From the NCBI GenBank assembly GCA_964444685.1, contig CAYUIG010000021.1, forward strand, positions 98 to 64,097: a stretch of 64,000 nucleotides of DNA, given 5' to 3'. The notes under the pieces were generated by a model. It made no database searches, was not told the origin of the DNA, and saw only the letters and a program-made list of their open reading frames with translations. This document shows, one piece after another, positions 39,244 to 49,404 of the stretch (the first letter of the stretch is position 1; each line of letters begins with the position of its first letter). The DNA comes from an uncultured Gemmatimonadaceae bacterium. Lineage in GTDB: Bacteria > Gemmatimonadota > Gemmatimonadetes > Longimicrobiales > RSA9. Both the position numbers and the translations under genes were made by a program.

Positions 39244-39867
39244 TTGGGATCCAACCCCTTTACCGGGACCGACGCGCTTGCCGGTCTCACTGAATCCCTG
39301 AACGCCCTCCCGGGCGTATCCGAGGTCGTCGTCGACGAGGCCGCCCGCCGCATCTGGGCCATCTGCGACACGACCGGTTCCGCCCACACCGCCCTGATCC
39401 TCGGCCGGGAACAGCTTTCCGCTGCCGGCTATCAGGATTGGGCGCTCGAAGCCGCAGCCCGCGCCCGGCTGGACCAGGGGAGGACCCGCTTCGTGGGCAT
39501 CCAGGCGATCGTCGAGCCTGACAACCGCATACGTGCACGCGTCACCCTCGAGTGGGGCGGCAAGGAGTACGTGGGTGAGGCCGTGGGTGAGAAGGGCGAC
39601 GCGATCGAACTGCGTACCGCGGCGTCCGCTGCCCTCAACGCGCTGGAGTGCGTGATCGGCCAGCCGCTCGGGATCCGTCTCGTGGGCGTGAAGCACGTGC
39701 GCGCCTTCGATGCCGATCTGATGGTCGTCTCGCTGTACCGGGCGGGCGCGCCGTCGCAGAAGCTGCCGGGTGTGGTGACCATGGGTGAGGACCCGCGTCG
39801 TGCGGCAGCCCTCGCCGTTCTGAACGCGCTGAACCGGACGCTCGGGAACTACCTGGCCACGCGCTGA
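39244..39867 (+). CDS. Hypothetical protein; paralog of the partial gene at 63342 to beyond 64000
   Basis: 207 aa. The C-terminal two-thirds aligns by eye with the other copy: R.RF.G...RV.V....G.EY.GEAV...AA.A.L.A....L.L.G...VRA.D.D..MV....LVG....AA.A.L.ALNRT. Confidence 0.6.
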   Translation: MGSNPFTGTDALAGLTESLNALPGVSEVVVDEAARRIWAICDTTGSAHTALILGREQLSAAGYQDWALEAAARARLDQGRTRFVGIQAIVEPDNRIRARVTLEWGGKEYVGEAVGEKGDAIELRTAASAALNALECVIGQPLGIRLVGVKHVRAFDADLMVVSLYRAGAPSQKLPGVVTMGEDPRRAAALAVLNALNRTLGNYLATR

Positions 39868-39960
39868 AACTCCGCCCGGCGTTTCGTGTAAGCCTCTTAC
39901 AGTCAAGAAGTTGAAGGTTGACTCGCCGCGTCCCCCCAGGCGCGGCGGAGGAGGCGCAGC

Positions 39961-41280
39961 ATGCAGCAGTCCCCGCGTCCGAAGTACGGCCGTACCCTGC
40001 TCGTCGGTGCCCTGATGATCCTCGCCGCGGGTGGGCTCGCGTGGCGGAGTGTGCAGGGCCCGCTCGAAGCACCCCCTATGGAATCGCTGCTGGAATCCGC
40101 GCCGGCGGAGGCACTGGCCGTGAAGTCGGACGGTGAAACGTCGCATGAATCCGAGTGGGACATCACGGTCACACGGAACACGGCGGTCGATACCTGGATC
40201 GATTTCCTCACAGGCCGCAACCATGACCGCACGCGGCTCTGGCTGGAGCGGAGCGGGCGGTACGCGGAGCTGATTCGCGGCGAGCTGCGCGCGCGCGGCA
40301 TGCCGCAGGACCTCTTCTATCTCGCGCTCATCGAGAGCGGCTTCTCGCCGTATGCGCGCTCGAGCGCATCGGCCGTGGGGATCTGGCAGTTCATCGCGGA
40401 GACGGGGCGCCGCTACGGCCTCGAGGTTTCGCGCTCCGTGGACGAGCGGCGCGACCCGGTGCGCGCGACGCACGCGGCGCTCGACTACCTCCAGGATCTG
40501 CACGAACGCTTCGGCAGCTGGTACCTCGCCGCAGCGGCGTACAACACGGGCGAGAATCGCGTCGATCGCATCCTGCGCCAGCGTGCGCGCGGTGCGCGCG
40601 GCGACGACTCGCTGTTCTGGACGATCGCGCCGCACCTGCCGCGCGAGACGCGCAACTACGTGCCGCTGATGCTGGCCGCGGGTCACATCGCGAAGGACCC
40701 GGCGAAGTACGGCTTCCACGATCTCGAGTACCACGAGCCGCTGGCGTTCGAAACCGTGTGGGTGCCGGCGGAGATCCGGCTCGCCGATGTCGCCGAGGCC
40801 GCACGCGTCGAAGCCGATGTGATCGCGGAGTTGAACCCGCATCTGCTGGACGGCCGTACGCCCTCCGGGCGCGCCCGGGACGTGCGCGTGCCGGTGGGCC
40901 GGTCGGAGACGTTCGCGGCGAACTTCCCGGAAGTGTACACACGTGCGCGCCTGGCGAAGGCGGAGACGCCGGAGACCGAGCAGCATCGCGTGCGTCGCGG
41001 TGAGACGCTCAGCCACATCGCCGTGCGCTACGGTGTGAGCGTGAACGCACTGCGCGCGGCCAACGACGGCATCTTGCCGCACCGTCTGCGCGCCGGCGCC
41101 GTGATCCGCGTCCCGACCGATGGGGCGACATCGCCCCGCGTGCATCGCGTCGCAAGCGGCGAAAGCCTGTGGACGATCGCGCGTCGCTACTCGCTCAGTG
41201 TGCGCGAGCTGCGCGCTCTCAACGGTCTCGGCGGCCGCAGCGTGATTCATCCGGGGCAGAGTCTGCGCGTGAGAGGCTGA
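39961..41280 (+). CDS. Membrane-bound lytic murein transglycosylase (MltD-like) with two LysM domains
   Basis: The SLT core shows LIESGFSP, VGIWQF and AAAYNTGENRV. The two C-terminal LysM repeats are HRVRRGETLSHIAVRYG... and HRVASGESLWTIARRYS.... Confidence 0.85.
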   Translation: MQQSPRPKYGRTLLVGALMILAAGGLAWRSVQGPLEAPPMESLLESAPAEALAVKSDGETSHESEWDITVTRNTAVDTWIDFLTGRNHDRTRLWLERSGRYAELIRGELRARGMPQDLFYLALIESGFSPYARSSASAVGIWQFIAETGRRYGLEVSRSVDERRDPVRATHAALDYLQDLHERFGSWYLAAAAYNTGENRVDRILRQRARGARGDDSLFWTIAPHLPRETRNYVPLMLAAGHIAKDPAKYGFHDLEYHEPLAFETVWVPAEIRLADVAEAARVEADVIAELNPHLLDGRTPSGRARDVRVPVGRSETFAANFPEVYTRARLAKAETPETEQHRVRRGETLSHIAVRYGVSVNALRAANDGILPHRLRAGAVIRVPTDGATSPRVHRVASGESLWTIARRYSLSVRELRALNGLGGRSVIHPGQSLRVRG

Positions 41281-41335
41281 GCGTGGCGCGCGTCGTGCAT
41301 CCGCTCGTTCCCAACCCGAACCGGAGCGACGCGCG

Positions 41336-41536
41336 ATGCACTGGGTGAAAGTGACGAACCCGTTCTACGACCAGTCGAGGCGGTACGCAGGCAAGGTCGG
41401 CGAGGTCGTCGGCCACTGGGGTCCGGAGAACAACACAGCCGGTCGCGACGGCTTCCTCGTCGAGTTCGACGATGGCGAGATCGTCGGTATCGCCGAGAAT
41501 GAGGTTGAGGAAGTCGACGGACCTGAGATTGGGTAG
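41336..41536 (+). CDS. Small hypothetical protein (66 aa)
   Basis: ATG start, acidic C-terminus, and coding-like composition. No known domain is recognised. Confidence 0.4.
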   Translation: MHWVKVTNPFYDQSRRYAGKVGEVVGHWGPENNTAGRDGFLVEFDDGEIVGIAENEVEEVDGPEIG

Positions 41537-41871
41537 CGGGCGACGTACGACGGGCGACGTACTCGGGCGACTTACGGCGGGCGACATGCTCGGGCGACTT
41601 ACGGCGGGTTACGGCGGGCGCACACAATCGTCCGTCCGCCGGTCTGCTGGGAATCCGAGGTCGGTTTGGCTCGCTGGGCGAACACAATCGTCCGCCACCG
41701 ATCGGGCTAGCGGGAAGCGGGGGCGATTGTGTTCGCTGGTCGAGATGAAGTGACCATTCGCGAAGATGATCGCGGCTAGCGGACGGTTGAGTTCGCCAGC
41801 CCGCCGCACAACCCGCCGTGAGTCGCCCGCTATCTGTCGCCCGTCGTGAGTCGCCCGCCGTTCGTCGCCCG
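41537..41871. repeat. 14-nt-repeat-armed inverted element, sibling of 9122-9858
   Basis: The left arm has CGGGCGAC units at 41537, 41551, 41564, 41578 and 41591. The right arm has CCCGNNGTGAGTCG units at 41812, 41826, 41840 and 41854. The core holds a perfect 13-bp inverted repeat, GCGAACACAATCG (41678-41690) and CGATTGTGTTCGC (41724-41736). Confidence 0.9.
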
Positions 41872-42594
41872 ATTGATTCCGCGCATTACGGAAGCGGCAT
41901 AGCCATTGGCCGGGTCACCGCCGGCGCTGCGGATGCTGTCGACGCGCGTGGGTCCGCGGTTGTAGGCGAGGAGTGCGAGCCGCAGGTCACCGTCGAACTG
42001 CGCGAGCAGCTGGCGGAGGTAGCGGAATCCCAATCGCAGATTCGTGTCCCCATCGAACAGATCGCGGATGCCGACGCCCGGCTGCAGCCATGCGGCGGTG
42101 CTGGGCATGACCTGCGTCAGACCGACCGCTCCGGCGGAGCTCACGGCATCGTGGGTGAAGTTGCTCTCGACGCGCACGAGCGAAAACGCGAGCTCGGGAT
42201 CGACGCCTTCCTCGAGCGCTATGTCGTGAATGCGCGAAGCGAGGTCGACAGGGATGTCGTGCTTCTTCGCGTGCTCGAAGATGCGTTCGAGCCGCTGCAT
42301 TTCGAACTCGAGGAGCGTGAGCTCGCCGGCGCGGGCAGCGGCGAAATCGCGGGCGAGGCGGACTTCCTCGTGCATCCGGGTCCAGGAACGGAGCATCCCC
42401 GGGATGGCGATCGCGGTGCCTACGGCGGCCCCCATGAGGGCGAGCCGGCCACCCAGCCGGATGGCCGAGGCGTACCGCGTCCAGGTGTCATATAGCCTGA
42501 GCAGCCACTGCGGCCGAAGCTGCCTCTCCCACTGTCGCACCATCGGCGATGCGAGCGCCGGCGGCGCGCGAAACACACGCGCGTCGGTCTGCAT
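41830..42594 (-). CDS. Lytic transglycosylase (SLT domain)
   Basis: 254 aa. Motifs LVRVESNF, VGLTQVMPSTA and LLAYNRGP. The last roughly 14 codons and the stop lie inside the 14-nt repeat arm. Confidence 0.8.
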   Translation of the reverse strand: MQTDARVFRAPPALASPMVRQWERQLRPQWLLRLYDTWTRYASAIRLGGRLALMGAAVGTAIAIPGMLRSWTRMHEEVRLARDFAAARAGELTLLEFEMQRLERIFEHAKKHDIPVDLASRIHDIALEEGVDPELAFSLVRVESNFTHDAVSSAGAVGLTQVMPSTAAWLQPGVGIRDLFDGDTNLRLGFRYLRQLLAQFDGDLRLALLAYNRGPTRVDSIRSAGGDPANGYAASVMRGINRATNGGRLTTGDR

Positions 42595-42734
42595 GGACCT
42601 CCGGGATCTGAGTCGGGGGAGAGACTTCCGGCGGGTACATCCACGATACCACCGGGGGGCTCAGGGGGACAAGCGGGACGTTGGTAACCCGTTGTGCCGC
42701 AATGTGTTTTTGGTCGCCGGGCGGTATCTGGCGG

Positions 42735-43214
42735 TCAGCGGTCGGGAGCCCGCCAGTCCCCGCTCCGGCCGCCCGACTTCCGGGTCACCCGGACCCCCTC
42801 GATGCGCAGGTCGCGGTCGATTCCCTTGAGCATGTCGATGGCGGTGAGGAGGGCCACGGCCACGGCGGTCAGGGCCTCCATCTCGGCGCCGGTCCGGTCG
42901 TGGGCGCGGATGGAAGCAACGGCCCGGATCGAGGGCGGATCGTCCTCGATCGAGAGCTGGACGTCCATCCCGGTGAGGTGGATCGGGTGGCAGAGCGGGA
43001 TGAGGTCGGGCGTCTTCTTGGCGGCCTGGAGTCCCGCGATCTGCGCCACGAGGAGCGGATCACCCTTGGGAGTGCGGCCGGCCCGCAGTGCTTCGAGCGT
43101 GCCCGCGGATACGAGCAGGCGCCCTTCCGCTTCCGCGACGCGTTCGGTGGTGTCCTTGGCGCCGACATCGATCATGCGCGGTCGGCCCTCGGGGTCCTGA
43201 TGGGGCAGGCTCAT
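42735..43214 (-). CDS. moaC: Cyclic pyranopterin monophosphate synthase MoaC
   Basis: 159 aa with MIDVGAK, DLIPLCHPI and TGAEMEALTA. The start overlaps the holB stop (ATGA). Confidence 0.9.
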   Translation of the reverse strand: MSLPHQDPEGRPRMIDVGAKDTTERVAEAEGRLLVSAGTLEALRAGRTPKGDPLLVAQIAGLQAAKKTPDLIPLCHPIHLTGMDVQLSIEDDPPSIRAVASIRAHDRTGAEMEALTAVAVALLTAIDMLKGIDRDLRIEGVRVTRKSGGRSGDWRAPDR

Positions 43215-44386
43215 GCCGGTACCACGGAGGTGAGCTCGCGTCGCAGCTCGCGCAGGAGCTGTGAGAGTGCGAGCTGCGGGTTCACGTTCAGCTGCGTCAG
43301 CCGCAGTGTTTCCTCGACGGCGCGAATCGCGCGTACGGGTGCGTCGCCGGAAGGGAGGGATGCGGCGGTCTTGCGCAGCCAGTCCACGGCGTCGGTGTTG
43401 ACGACGAGGTCGTCCGCGCCGGCCGCGGTCGCGGCGAGGTCGCGGATCCAGAGGATGAGCGCGTCGAGCATCTGCGAGAACGCCCCGCGTGCACCGGCCG
43501 GTGCATGTGCGAGGGCGAGCCCGTGACGGGCGGCATCACTGCGTGCGAGCGCGGCTTCGAGTACGGCGCGCGCCTGGTGTCGCAGCTCGTCGAGCGGGCC
43601 GGGCGCGCCGTCGACGGGCAGGAACGCGAGTGCGCGGCCGATGGATCCTTCCGAGAGACGTGCGACGCGTTCGGCGAGTTGCGCATCGGTGCCGAGCTCG
43701 CGGAGATGCAACGCGACCAGATCGGTCGGCAATGAACGCAGCCGGATCGGCTGCATGCGCGAACGGATGGTCGGCAGCAGCGCGTCGGGATCGGCGGCGG
43801 TCAGGATGATCGTGGTGTCGGGCGTCGGCTCCTCGAGCACCTTCAGCAGGGCGTTAGCCGCTTCCTGGCTGGCCTCCTGCGGAACGAGCGCTTCCGCATC
43901 ACCGACGATGATGACTTTGCGCGAGCCCATCGCGGGTCGTGCGGCGGCGATGCGGCGCAGCGCCTGCACCTGCCCGAGATAGATCCCCATCGGATCACCC
44001 GGGACGATCGGCCGCTGCGGGTTCTCGCGGCGCGCAGCGATCTCTGCGTAGCGCGCTTCCTCGAGCGCATCGATCATGCGTTCCGGTCCGCCGGACACCT
44101 TCGGCCGCGGCATCGGGAAGAACCAGTGCAGGTCGGGATGCTCCAGGCGACGTGCGAGTCTGCACGAAGGGCAGCTGTCGCAGGGGCCGTCGGGCGTCGG
44201 CCGCGCGCACAGCAGGAGCTGTCCGATCCAGAGTGCAGTGCGCTGCTTCCCGACGCCGGCCGGGCCGTGCAGCAGCAGGGAGCCGGGCAGCCCGCCCGCG
44301 CGCGCGGCCGCGAGGATCGCACTGCGTTCGGCGTCGTGGCCGCGCAGCGGTCCGAGGCCGGTCAACGTCCCCGCTGTCGCAGCCAT
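43211..44386 (-). CDS. holB: DNA polymerase III delta-prime subunit
   Basis: 391 aa. It has an AAA+-like LLLHGPAGVGK, a Zn module CDSCPSCRL, IIVGDAE, and a C-terminal helical domain. Confidence 0.8.
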   Translation of the reverse strand: MAATAGTLTGLGPLRGHDAERSAILAAARAGGLPGSLLLHGPAGVGKQRTALWIGQLLLCARPTPDGPCDSCPSCRLARRLEHPDLHWFFPMPRPKVSGGPERMIDALEEARYAEIAARRENPQRPIVPGDPMGIYLGQVQALRRIAAARPAMGSRKVIIVGDAEALVPQEASQEAANALLKVLEEPTPDTTIILTAADPDALLPTIRSRMQPIRLRSLPTDLVALHLRELGTDAQLAERVARLSEGSIGRALAFLPVDGAPGPLDELRHQARAVLEAALARSDAARHGLALAHAPAGARGAFSQMLDALILWIRDLAATAAGADDLVVNTDAVDWLRKTAASLPSGDAPVRAIRAVEETLRLTQLNVNPQLALSQLLRELRRELTSVVPA

Positions 44387-45543
44387 GCGAGCGGGTCCAC
44401 TGCCTCCGCCACGCCGCCGGCGCGCACGGGTGCGCGCACCTGGAACTCGATGTGCGCGCCTTCCGGCGTCTGTTCACCACCCACGGTGCCGACCACCTGC
44501 CGCGCGGATACCGTCTGGCCTTCGCGCACGCTGATCGACTTGAGGTACATGTACAGCGTGTAGTAACCGCCGCCGTGATTCACCATCACGGTCGGGCCGT
44601 ATCCCTCGAACGGACGCGCGAGCACGACGTCGCCGCCCTCGACCGCGCGCACCGGCGTGCCGGGAGCCGCAGCGATGCCGATGCCGTTGTTGCGCAGCGC
44701 GATGCCGTTGGGCCGCCGCTCGGGTCCGAAGCGGTAGATCACATCGCCTTCCACGGGCCACGACAGCGACCCGAGCGAGCGCGTGGTGACGGTTCCTTCA
44801 CGCGACCCGCCTTCGCGGCGGCGCTCTTCCTCGAGTCGAGCAATGAGGCCCGTGACCGATGCTTCGTCGCGTGCGAGCTGGCGCAGCCGCTCCTGCGTCA
44901 CCGTCTGCGCCTGCCGGTACTGTCGCAGTGTGCGGTCGCGCTGGTTCACCAGCCGCTGCAGCGACGCGAGCTCCTGCTCCTTGTCCTGTCGCAGCGTCTC
45001 GAGCTGCGCGAGCGACTCGGACAGCTCCTGCTCCTGCGCGGCGAGCTCCGCCTCGAGGCGCCGGACGTCATCGAGGATCAGGCGGTCGTAGGATGTGATG
45101 AGGTTGAGGTATTTGTAGCGCGTGAGCAGGTCACCGAAGTTCTCCGCGCTCAGCAGTACGCGCACCGCGTGCAGCGGCCCGCGCTTGTAGATCGAGCGCA
45201 GCCGTTCGCGCAGCGCGGTGCTTCTACCGCTCAGCCGTGCGCGCGTTTCCTCGAGGCGGTACTGCGTCGTTTCGACGTTCGTGAGCAGGACGGCGGCCTG
45301 GAAGTCGAGCTCGCGCACGACGGCGGCGGACGCGGTGCGCTGGCGCGCGATGTTGTCCAGCTCGCGCGAGGCATCGCGGACCCGCGTGCTGAGCGTGTCC
45401 ATCTCGGCCTGGAGGCGTGCGCGCTGCGCGCGGATGGAGTCGAGCCGCGCCTGGCTCTCGCGCAGACTCTGCTGCGCATCCTGCGCGGACAGCGGAGCGA
45501 CGAGTGCCGCACTCGCGATCAGTGCGAGCAGGAAGCCCCTCAC
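44362..45543 (-). CDS. M23-family murein hydrolase activator/peptidase (EnvC-like) with a coiled-coil N-terminus
   Basis: The GTG at 45543 overlaps the ftsX stop (GTGA) and yields a signal peptide. A long coiled coil is followed by a C-terminal LytM/M23 domain (VNHGGGYYTLYMYL...HIEFQV). Confidence 0.85.
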   Translation of the reverse strand: MRGFLLALIASAALVAPLSAQDAQQSLRESQARLDSIRAQRARLQAEMDTLSTRVRDASRELDNIARQRTASAAVVRELDFQAAVLLTNVETTQYRLEETRARLSGRSTALRERLRSIYKRGPLHAVRVLLSAENFGDLLTRYKYLNLITSYDRLILDDVRRLEAELAAQEQELSESLAQLETLRQDKEQELASLQRLVNQRDRTLRQYRQAQTVTQERLRQLARDEASVTGLIARLEEERRREGGSREGTVTTRSLGSLSWPVEGDVIYRFGPERRPNGIALRNNGIGIAAAPGTPVRAVEGGDVVLARPFEGYGPTVMVNHGGGYYTLYMYLKSISVREGQTVSARQVVGTVGGEQTPEGAHIEFQVRAPVRAGGVAEAVDPLAWLRQRGR

Positions 45544-46397
45544 ACCGTCCTCACGTAGCGGCGCACGGCGAGCGCGCTCGCCGCGACGCCGAGGAGTGCG
45601 CCGAGGATGAGCCCCGCCACGATCCACATGTCGGGCAGCCACTCGAGCTGGAACACGGAGCCGGAGAGCAGCGCGTAGACCAGCCAGGTGGCGAGCAGCG
45701 CGAGCAGTCCGCCGAGGAATCCGGTGATCAGTCCTTCGACGAGGAAGGGGCGCCGGATGTACCAGTCGGTGGCGCCGACGAGCTGCATGATGGAGATCTC
45801 GTCGCGGCGTGCGAAGATGGCGAGGCGGATGGCGGCGCCGATGATGACGGCGGCGACCGCGGCGAACGCGGCACCGAGCACGAGTGTGGACGCCGCGGCA
45901 ACGCGGCGCAGCAGGTAGACCTTGTCGAGCCAGTCGTCGCCGAAGTCGACATCCTCGACGAAGGGCAGTGCGCGCGCGCGCTCCGCGATGCTGCGCACCT
46001 CGGCCGCGTCCTGGCGGTTGGGGTGGAGGGCGATCTCGATGGAGGCGGGCAGCGGATTGTCCTCGATGCCCGCGAACACACCCTGGAACTCGGGCAGCTC
46101 CTCCTGCGCGCGCCGGAGCGCTTCCTCGCGGGAGACGTAGCGGACGTCGCGGATGCTCGGGTCCCCGCGCAACTCCGCCATGGCCGCTTCGACCGCTGCG
46201 GGCTGCGCATCGTCGCGCAGGTATGCAACGACCTCGACGCGCGACTCGACGCGATCGAGCACGCTGCGGATGTTGTGCGCGGCGATGCCGAAGAGCCCGA
46301 TCAGGAAGAGCGAGAGTCCGATCAGCGTGGCCGACAGCCCGACGAGCAGCGGCGCGCGGCGGAACGCGGCGATGGTGTCCCGCAGTGCGTACGCCAT
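45540..46397 (-). CDS. ftsX: Cell-division ABC transporter permease FtsX
   Basis: About 285 aa with the FtsX topology: TM1, a large periplasmic loop, then three TM helices. It starts at ATG 46397 (TGATG junction with ftsE) or GTG 46400. Confidence 0.85.
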   Translation of the reverse strand: MAYALRDTIAAFRRAPLLVGLSATLIGLSLFLIGLFGIAAHNIRSVLDRVESRVEVVAYLRDDAQPAAVEAAMAELRGDPSIRDVRYVSREEALRRAQEELPEFQGVFAGIEDNPLPASIEIALHPNRQDAAEVRSIAERARALPFVEDVDFGDDWLDKVYLLRRVAAASTLVLGAAFAAVAAVIIGAAIRLAIFARRDEISIMQLVGATDWYIRRPFLVEGLITGFLGGLLALLATWLVYALLSGSVFQLEWLPDMWIVAGLILGALLGVAASALAVRRYVRTV

Positions 46398-47080
46398 CAC
46401 GCCACCTCCGATGCGCCCGCGGAGTCGTAGACGATGCGGCCGTGATCGAGTTCGATCACGCGGATCCCCGGGTGTGCGCGCACCAGCTCCATGTCGTGCG
46501 TGGCGAAGAGAACGGCGGTGCCGCTCGCGTTGATCGTGCGGAAGAGCTCGAAGATGCCACGCGTCGCGCGCTCATCGAGGTTGCCGGTCGGCTCGTCGGC
46601 GAGAATCAGGAGCGGGCTGTGTGCGAGTGCGCGCGCCACCGCCACGCGCTGCTGCTCGCCGCCGGAGAGCTCGGACGGATACGCGCCCGCCTTGGCGGCG
46701 AGGCCGACCTGTGCGAGCAGCTTGCCGACCTTCGCGCGGATCACGTCCTGGCGCGCGCCCGTGACCTCGAGCGCGAACGCGATGTTGGCCGCGGCCGTCC
46801 GGTCGGGCAGCAGCCGGAAGTCCTGGAAGACGTAGCCGATCTTGCGGCGCAGCATCGCGATCTCGCGCGGCTTGATCTTCGATGCGGTATATCCGCTCAC
46901 GCGCACGTCGCCGGACGTCGGCGTCTCGGCCATGTGGATGAGCCGCATGATCGTGGACTTGCCCGCGCCGCTGTGGCCGGTGAGGAAGCAGAACTCGCCC
47001 TTGCGAAGACGGAACGTCACGTCGCTCAAGGCCGCGCCGGTGCGCGGGTAGATCATCTCGACGTTGCGGAACTGGATCAT
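46397..47080 (-). CDS. ftsE: Cell-division ATP-binding protein FtsE
   Basis: 227 aa with [24 protein letters not shown] and [11 protein letters not shown]. The start overlaps the pdxA stop (ATGA). Confidence 0.9.
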   Translation of the reverse strand: MIQFRNVEMIYPRTGAALSDVTFRLRKGEFCFLTGHSGAGKSTIMRLIHMAETPTSGDVRVSGYTASKIKPREIAMLRRKIGYVFQDFRLLPDRTAAANIAFALEVTGARQDVIRAKVGKLLAQVGLAAKAGAYPSELSGGEQQRVAVARALAHSPLLILADEPTGNLDERATRGIFELFRTINASGTAVLFATHDMELVRAHPGIRVIELDHGRIVYDSAGASEVA

Positions 47081-48030
47081 GCCTGCCGTGTCGTTGCAGT
47101 GCTGCGGCGCACCATGCGCGCCGCGAGCGCGATGGCCTCGACCATCGAATCGGCGCGGGCCACGCCGCGGCCCGCGATGTCGAGCGCCGTCCCGTGGTCG
47201 GGCGAGGTGCGAACGAAGGGCAGTCCGAGCGTCACGTTCACTCCATGTCCGAAGGCGGCCGTCTTGAATGCGGCCATGCCGACGTCGTGATAGGGAGCGA
47301 CGACGGCATCGAACTCACCGTCGAGCGCGCGCAGGAACACGGTATCCGCGGGGAGCGGCTCGGAGACGTTCTCGCCGCGCTCGCGCAGCGCGCGGATCGC
47401 CGGGCCGTAGATGCGCGCCTCCTCGTCGCCGAACAGGCCGCCGTCCGAAGCATGTGGATTCAACGCGCAGAGAGCAAGTCTGGGATTCGCGATGCCCCAA
47501 CGCTCGCGCAGCGCATCGGCACACAGTGCGGCCTGCTCGATGAGCTTCGCGGACGTCAGCGCGGCAGGGACCGCGGCGAGCGGGAGATGCGTCGTGGCGA
47601 GCAGCACGCGCAGCGGTCCGCCTCTCAGTGTACGATCGGCCACCATCAGCATTCCGACCGTGGCCGTGCCGGTCAGCGCGGCGAGCATCTCGGTGTGGCC
47701 GGGATAGGAGTAGCCCGCCGCTGCGAGTGCGCTCTTGTCGATGGGTGCCGTCACGATCGCATCGATCTTGCCGGCGAGCGCGAGTCGGACGGCTTCCTCG
47801 ATGGCCGTGCCTGCGGCTCTGCCCGCTGCCGCCACCGAACCACCGGCACTCCAGCCGGACACGGCAACGGTGTCATCCGCGATGTCGTGGGGAATCAGGT
47901 CGGGCGGACCGATGAAGACGAGCGCGGGTCGGTCGGGTCCCAGCGAGCGTGCTGCGGCTGCGGCGACTTCCGGACCGATGCCGCGCGGGTCGCCGAGTGT
48001 GATGCCGAGTCGGCAGCGCACGGACTCCAT
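47077..48030 (-). CDS. pdxA: 4-hydroxythreonine-4-phosphate dehydrogenase PdxA
   Basis: 317 aa with GDPRGIGPEV, YPGHTEML and SPDHGTALDIAGRG. Confidence 0.9.
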   Translation of the reverse strand: MESVRCRLGITLGDPRGIGPEVAAAAARSLGPDRPALVFIGPPDLIPHDIADDTVAVSGWSAGGSVAAAGRAAGTAIEEAVRLALAGKIDAIVTAPIDKSALAAAGYSYPGHTEMLAALTGTATVGMLMVADRTLRGGPLRVLLATTHLPLAAVPAALTSAKLIEQAALCADALRERWGIANPRLALCALNPHASDGGLFGDEEARIYGPAIRALRERGENVSEPLPADTVFLRALDGEFDAVVAPYHDVGMAAFKTAAFGHGVNVTLGLPFVRTSPDHGTALDIAGRGVARADSMVEAIALAARMVRRSTATTRQA

Positions 48031-48047
48031 CGCCTCCGCGCTCCGGC

Positions 48048-49382
48048 TCAGCCGGAGCGTATCTCGATGTGAGTACTGCGGCGCAGCTCGCGAACGCGCT
48101 CCTCGATCACCTTGTCGCGCTCGAGCTGGCGGCGCAGGGCAGAACGCACGAGCGGGTCGTCGAGCGAGTACTCGCCGGAGGTGTTCACGTCCGTGACGTA
48201 TACGATCGCGAACATCGGCGGCCGCGCGCCCGTCTCATCCGCGAGCTGGAACGGACCGATGTACGTGCCTTCCGTGGCGCTGCCGAGCTGCTGGTCGTAC
48301 GGCGCCGGGAGGCTGTCGCTGGGAACGGGGCCGACGTGCCGCTGCTCGTCGGGATCCCCGTAGATGCGCATGAGTGAATCGAGCGACGCACCCGCCCGCA
48401 GCGCCGTCGCGAGCTCGTCGCCGAGCTGGCGTGTGCGCTCGACGTCCGCGTCGGTGATTTCCGGCTTGATCAGGATGTGACGCGCCTGCCGCTCCGAGCC
48501 GCGCGCACGCTCCACCTTGATGATGTGGAGGCCGTACGATGTGCGGACGGGCGGGCCGACGGAGCCGGGCCGGATGGCGTAGGCGGCCTGCTCGAAGGCG
48601 CGCATCATGTCGCCCTGCTGGAACCAGCCGAGGTCGCCGCCGCGGTCGCGCGTGCCGGTGTCCTGGGAAAACCGGCGCGCCAGCGTCTCGAAGTCCTCCT
48701 TGCCGTCATAGGCAAGGAGGAAGACGGAGTCCGCGAGCTCGCGGGCCGCGGTGAGCGCGGAGTCCGAGGGCTGCGTGGGGAGGACGAGCTGCGTGAAGCT
48801 GATCGTCGGCGGACGCCGGCCGTACGCCGCGCGGTTCGCCTCGAAGTACGCGCGCAGCTCCTCTTCCGTGATGGGCGGTGCCGACCGTGTACGGGTCAGC
48901 TTGTTGACGTACATGTCCAGCCGCATGTCCTTCGAGATCAACGACGCGCGCTCCTCACGAAACCCGGCGAGCGTGATGCCGCTCGCGTCGAGCGCGCGTT
49001 GGAACGCCACGTCCCCGCCGAAGCGCTGCCGCAGCTGCCCGATCTCCTCCTCCGTCCGCTGCGCGACCGCCTGCGGATCCACCACCAGCGTCGTGTCCTT
49101 CTCCGCATCCTGGAGCAGGAGCAGCTGGTCGATCTGCGCTTCCAGGATCTGCTGTGCGAGCCGCTCGAGTTCTGGCCCGGTCGGCAGTTCACGCCCGGCC
49201 TCCGCGCGCCACTGCTGAAGTGCCTGCTGCAGGTCGTACGCGGTCAGGGCGCTGTCACCGACGATCGCGACGATCCTGCCGACGACTACGCCCTCACCGT
49301 CGGGGGAGGGCTGCTGCGCCTGCACGGTACCGGCGAGTGCGCTGATCAGAATGGCCGGAATAGCGAGCGTGCGAATACTCAT
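48048..49382 (-). CDS. SurA-like periplasmic chaperone / parvulin-type peptidyl-prolyl isomerase
   Basis: The ATG at 49382 gives the signal peptide MSIRTLAIPAILISALAGTVQA. The body has a SurA N-domain-like region and a parvulin domain (GGDLGWF...SYGLHIIKV). Confidence 0.8.
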   Translation of the reverse strand: MSIRTLAIPAILISALAGTVQAQQPSPDGEGVVVGRIVAIVGDSALTAYDLQQALQQWRAEAGRELPTGPELERLAQQILEAQIDQLLLLQDAEKDTTLVVDPQAVAQRTEEEIGQLRQRFGGDVAFQRALDASGITLAGFREERASLISKDMRLDMYVNKLTRTRSAPPITEEELRAYFEANRAAYGRRPPTISFTQLVLPTQPSDSALTAARELADSVFLLAYDGKEDFETLARRFSQDTGTRDRGGDLGWFQQGDMMRAFEQAAYAIRPGSVGPPVRTSYGLHIIKVERARGSERQARHILIKPEITDADVERTRQLGDELATALRAGASLDSLMRIYGDPDEQRHVGPVPSDSLPAPYDQQLGSATEGTYIGPFQLADETGARPPMFAIVYVTDVNTSGEYSLDDPLVRSALRRQLERDKVIEERVRELRRSTHIEIRSG

Positions 49383-49404
49383 GCTTTGTGGCACCTCATG
49401 GAGT

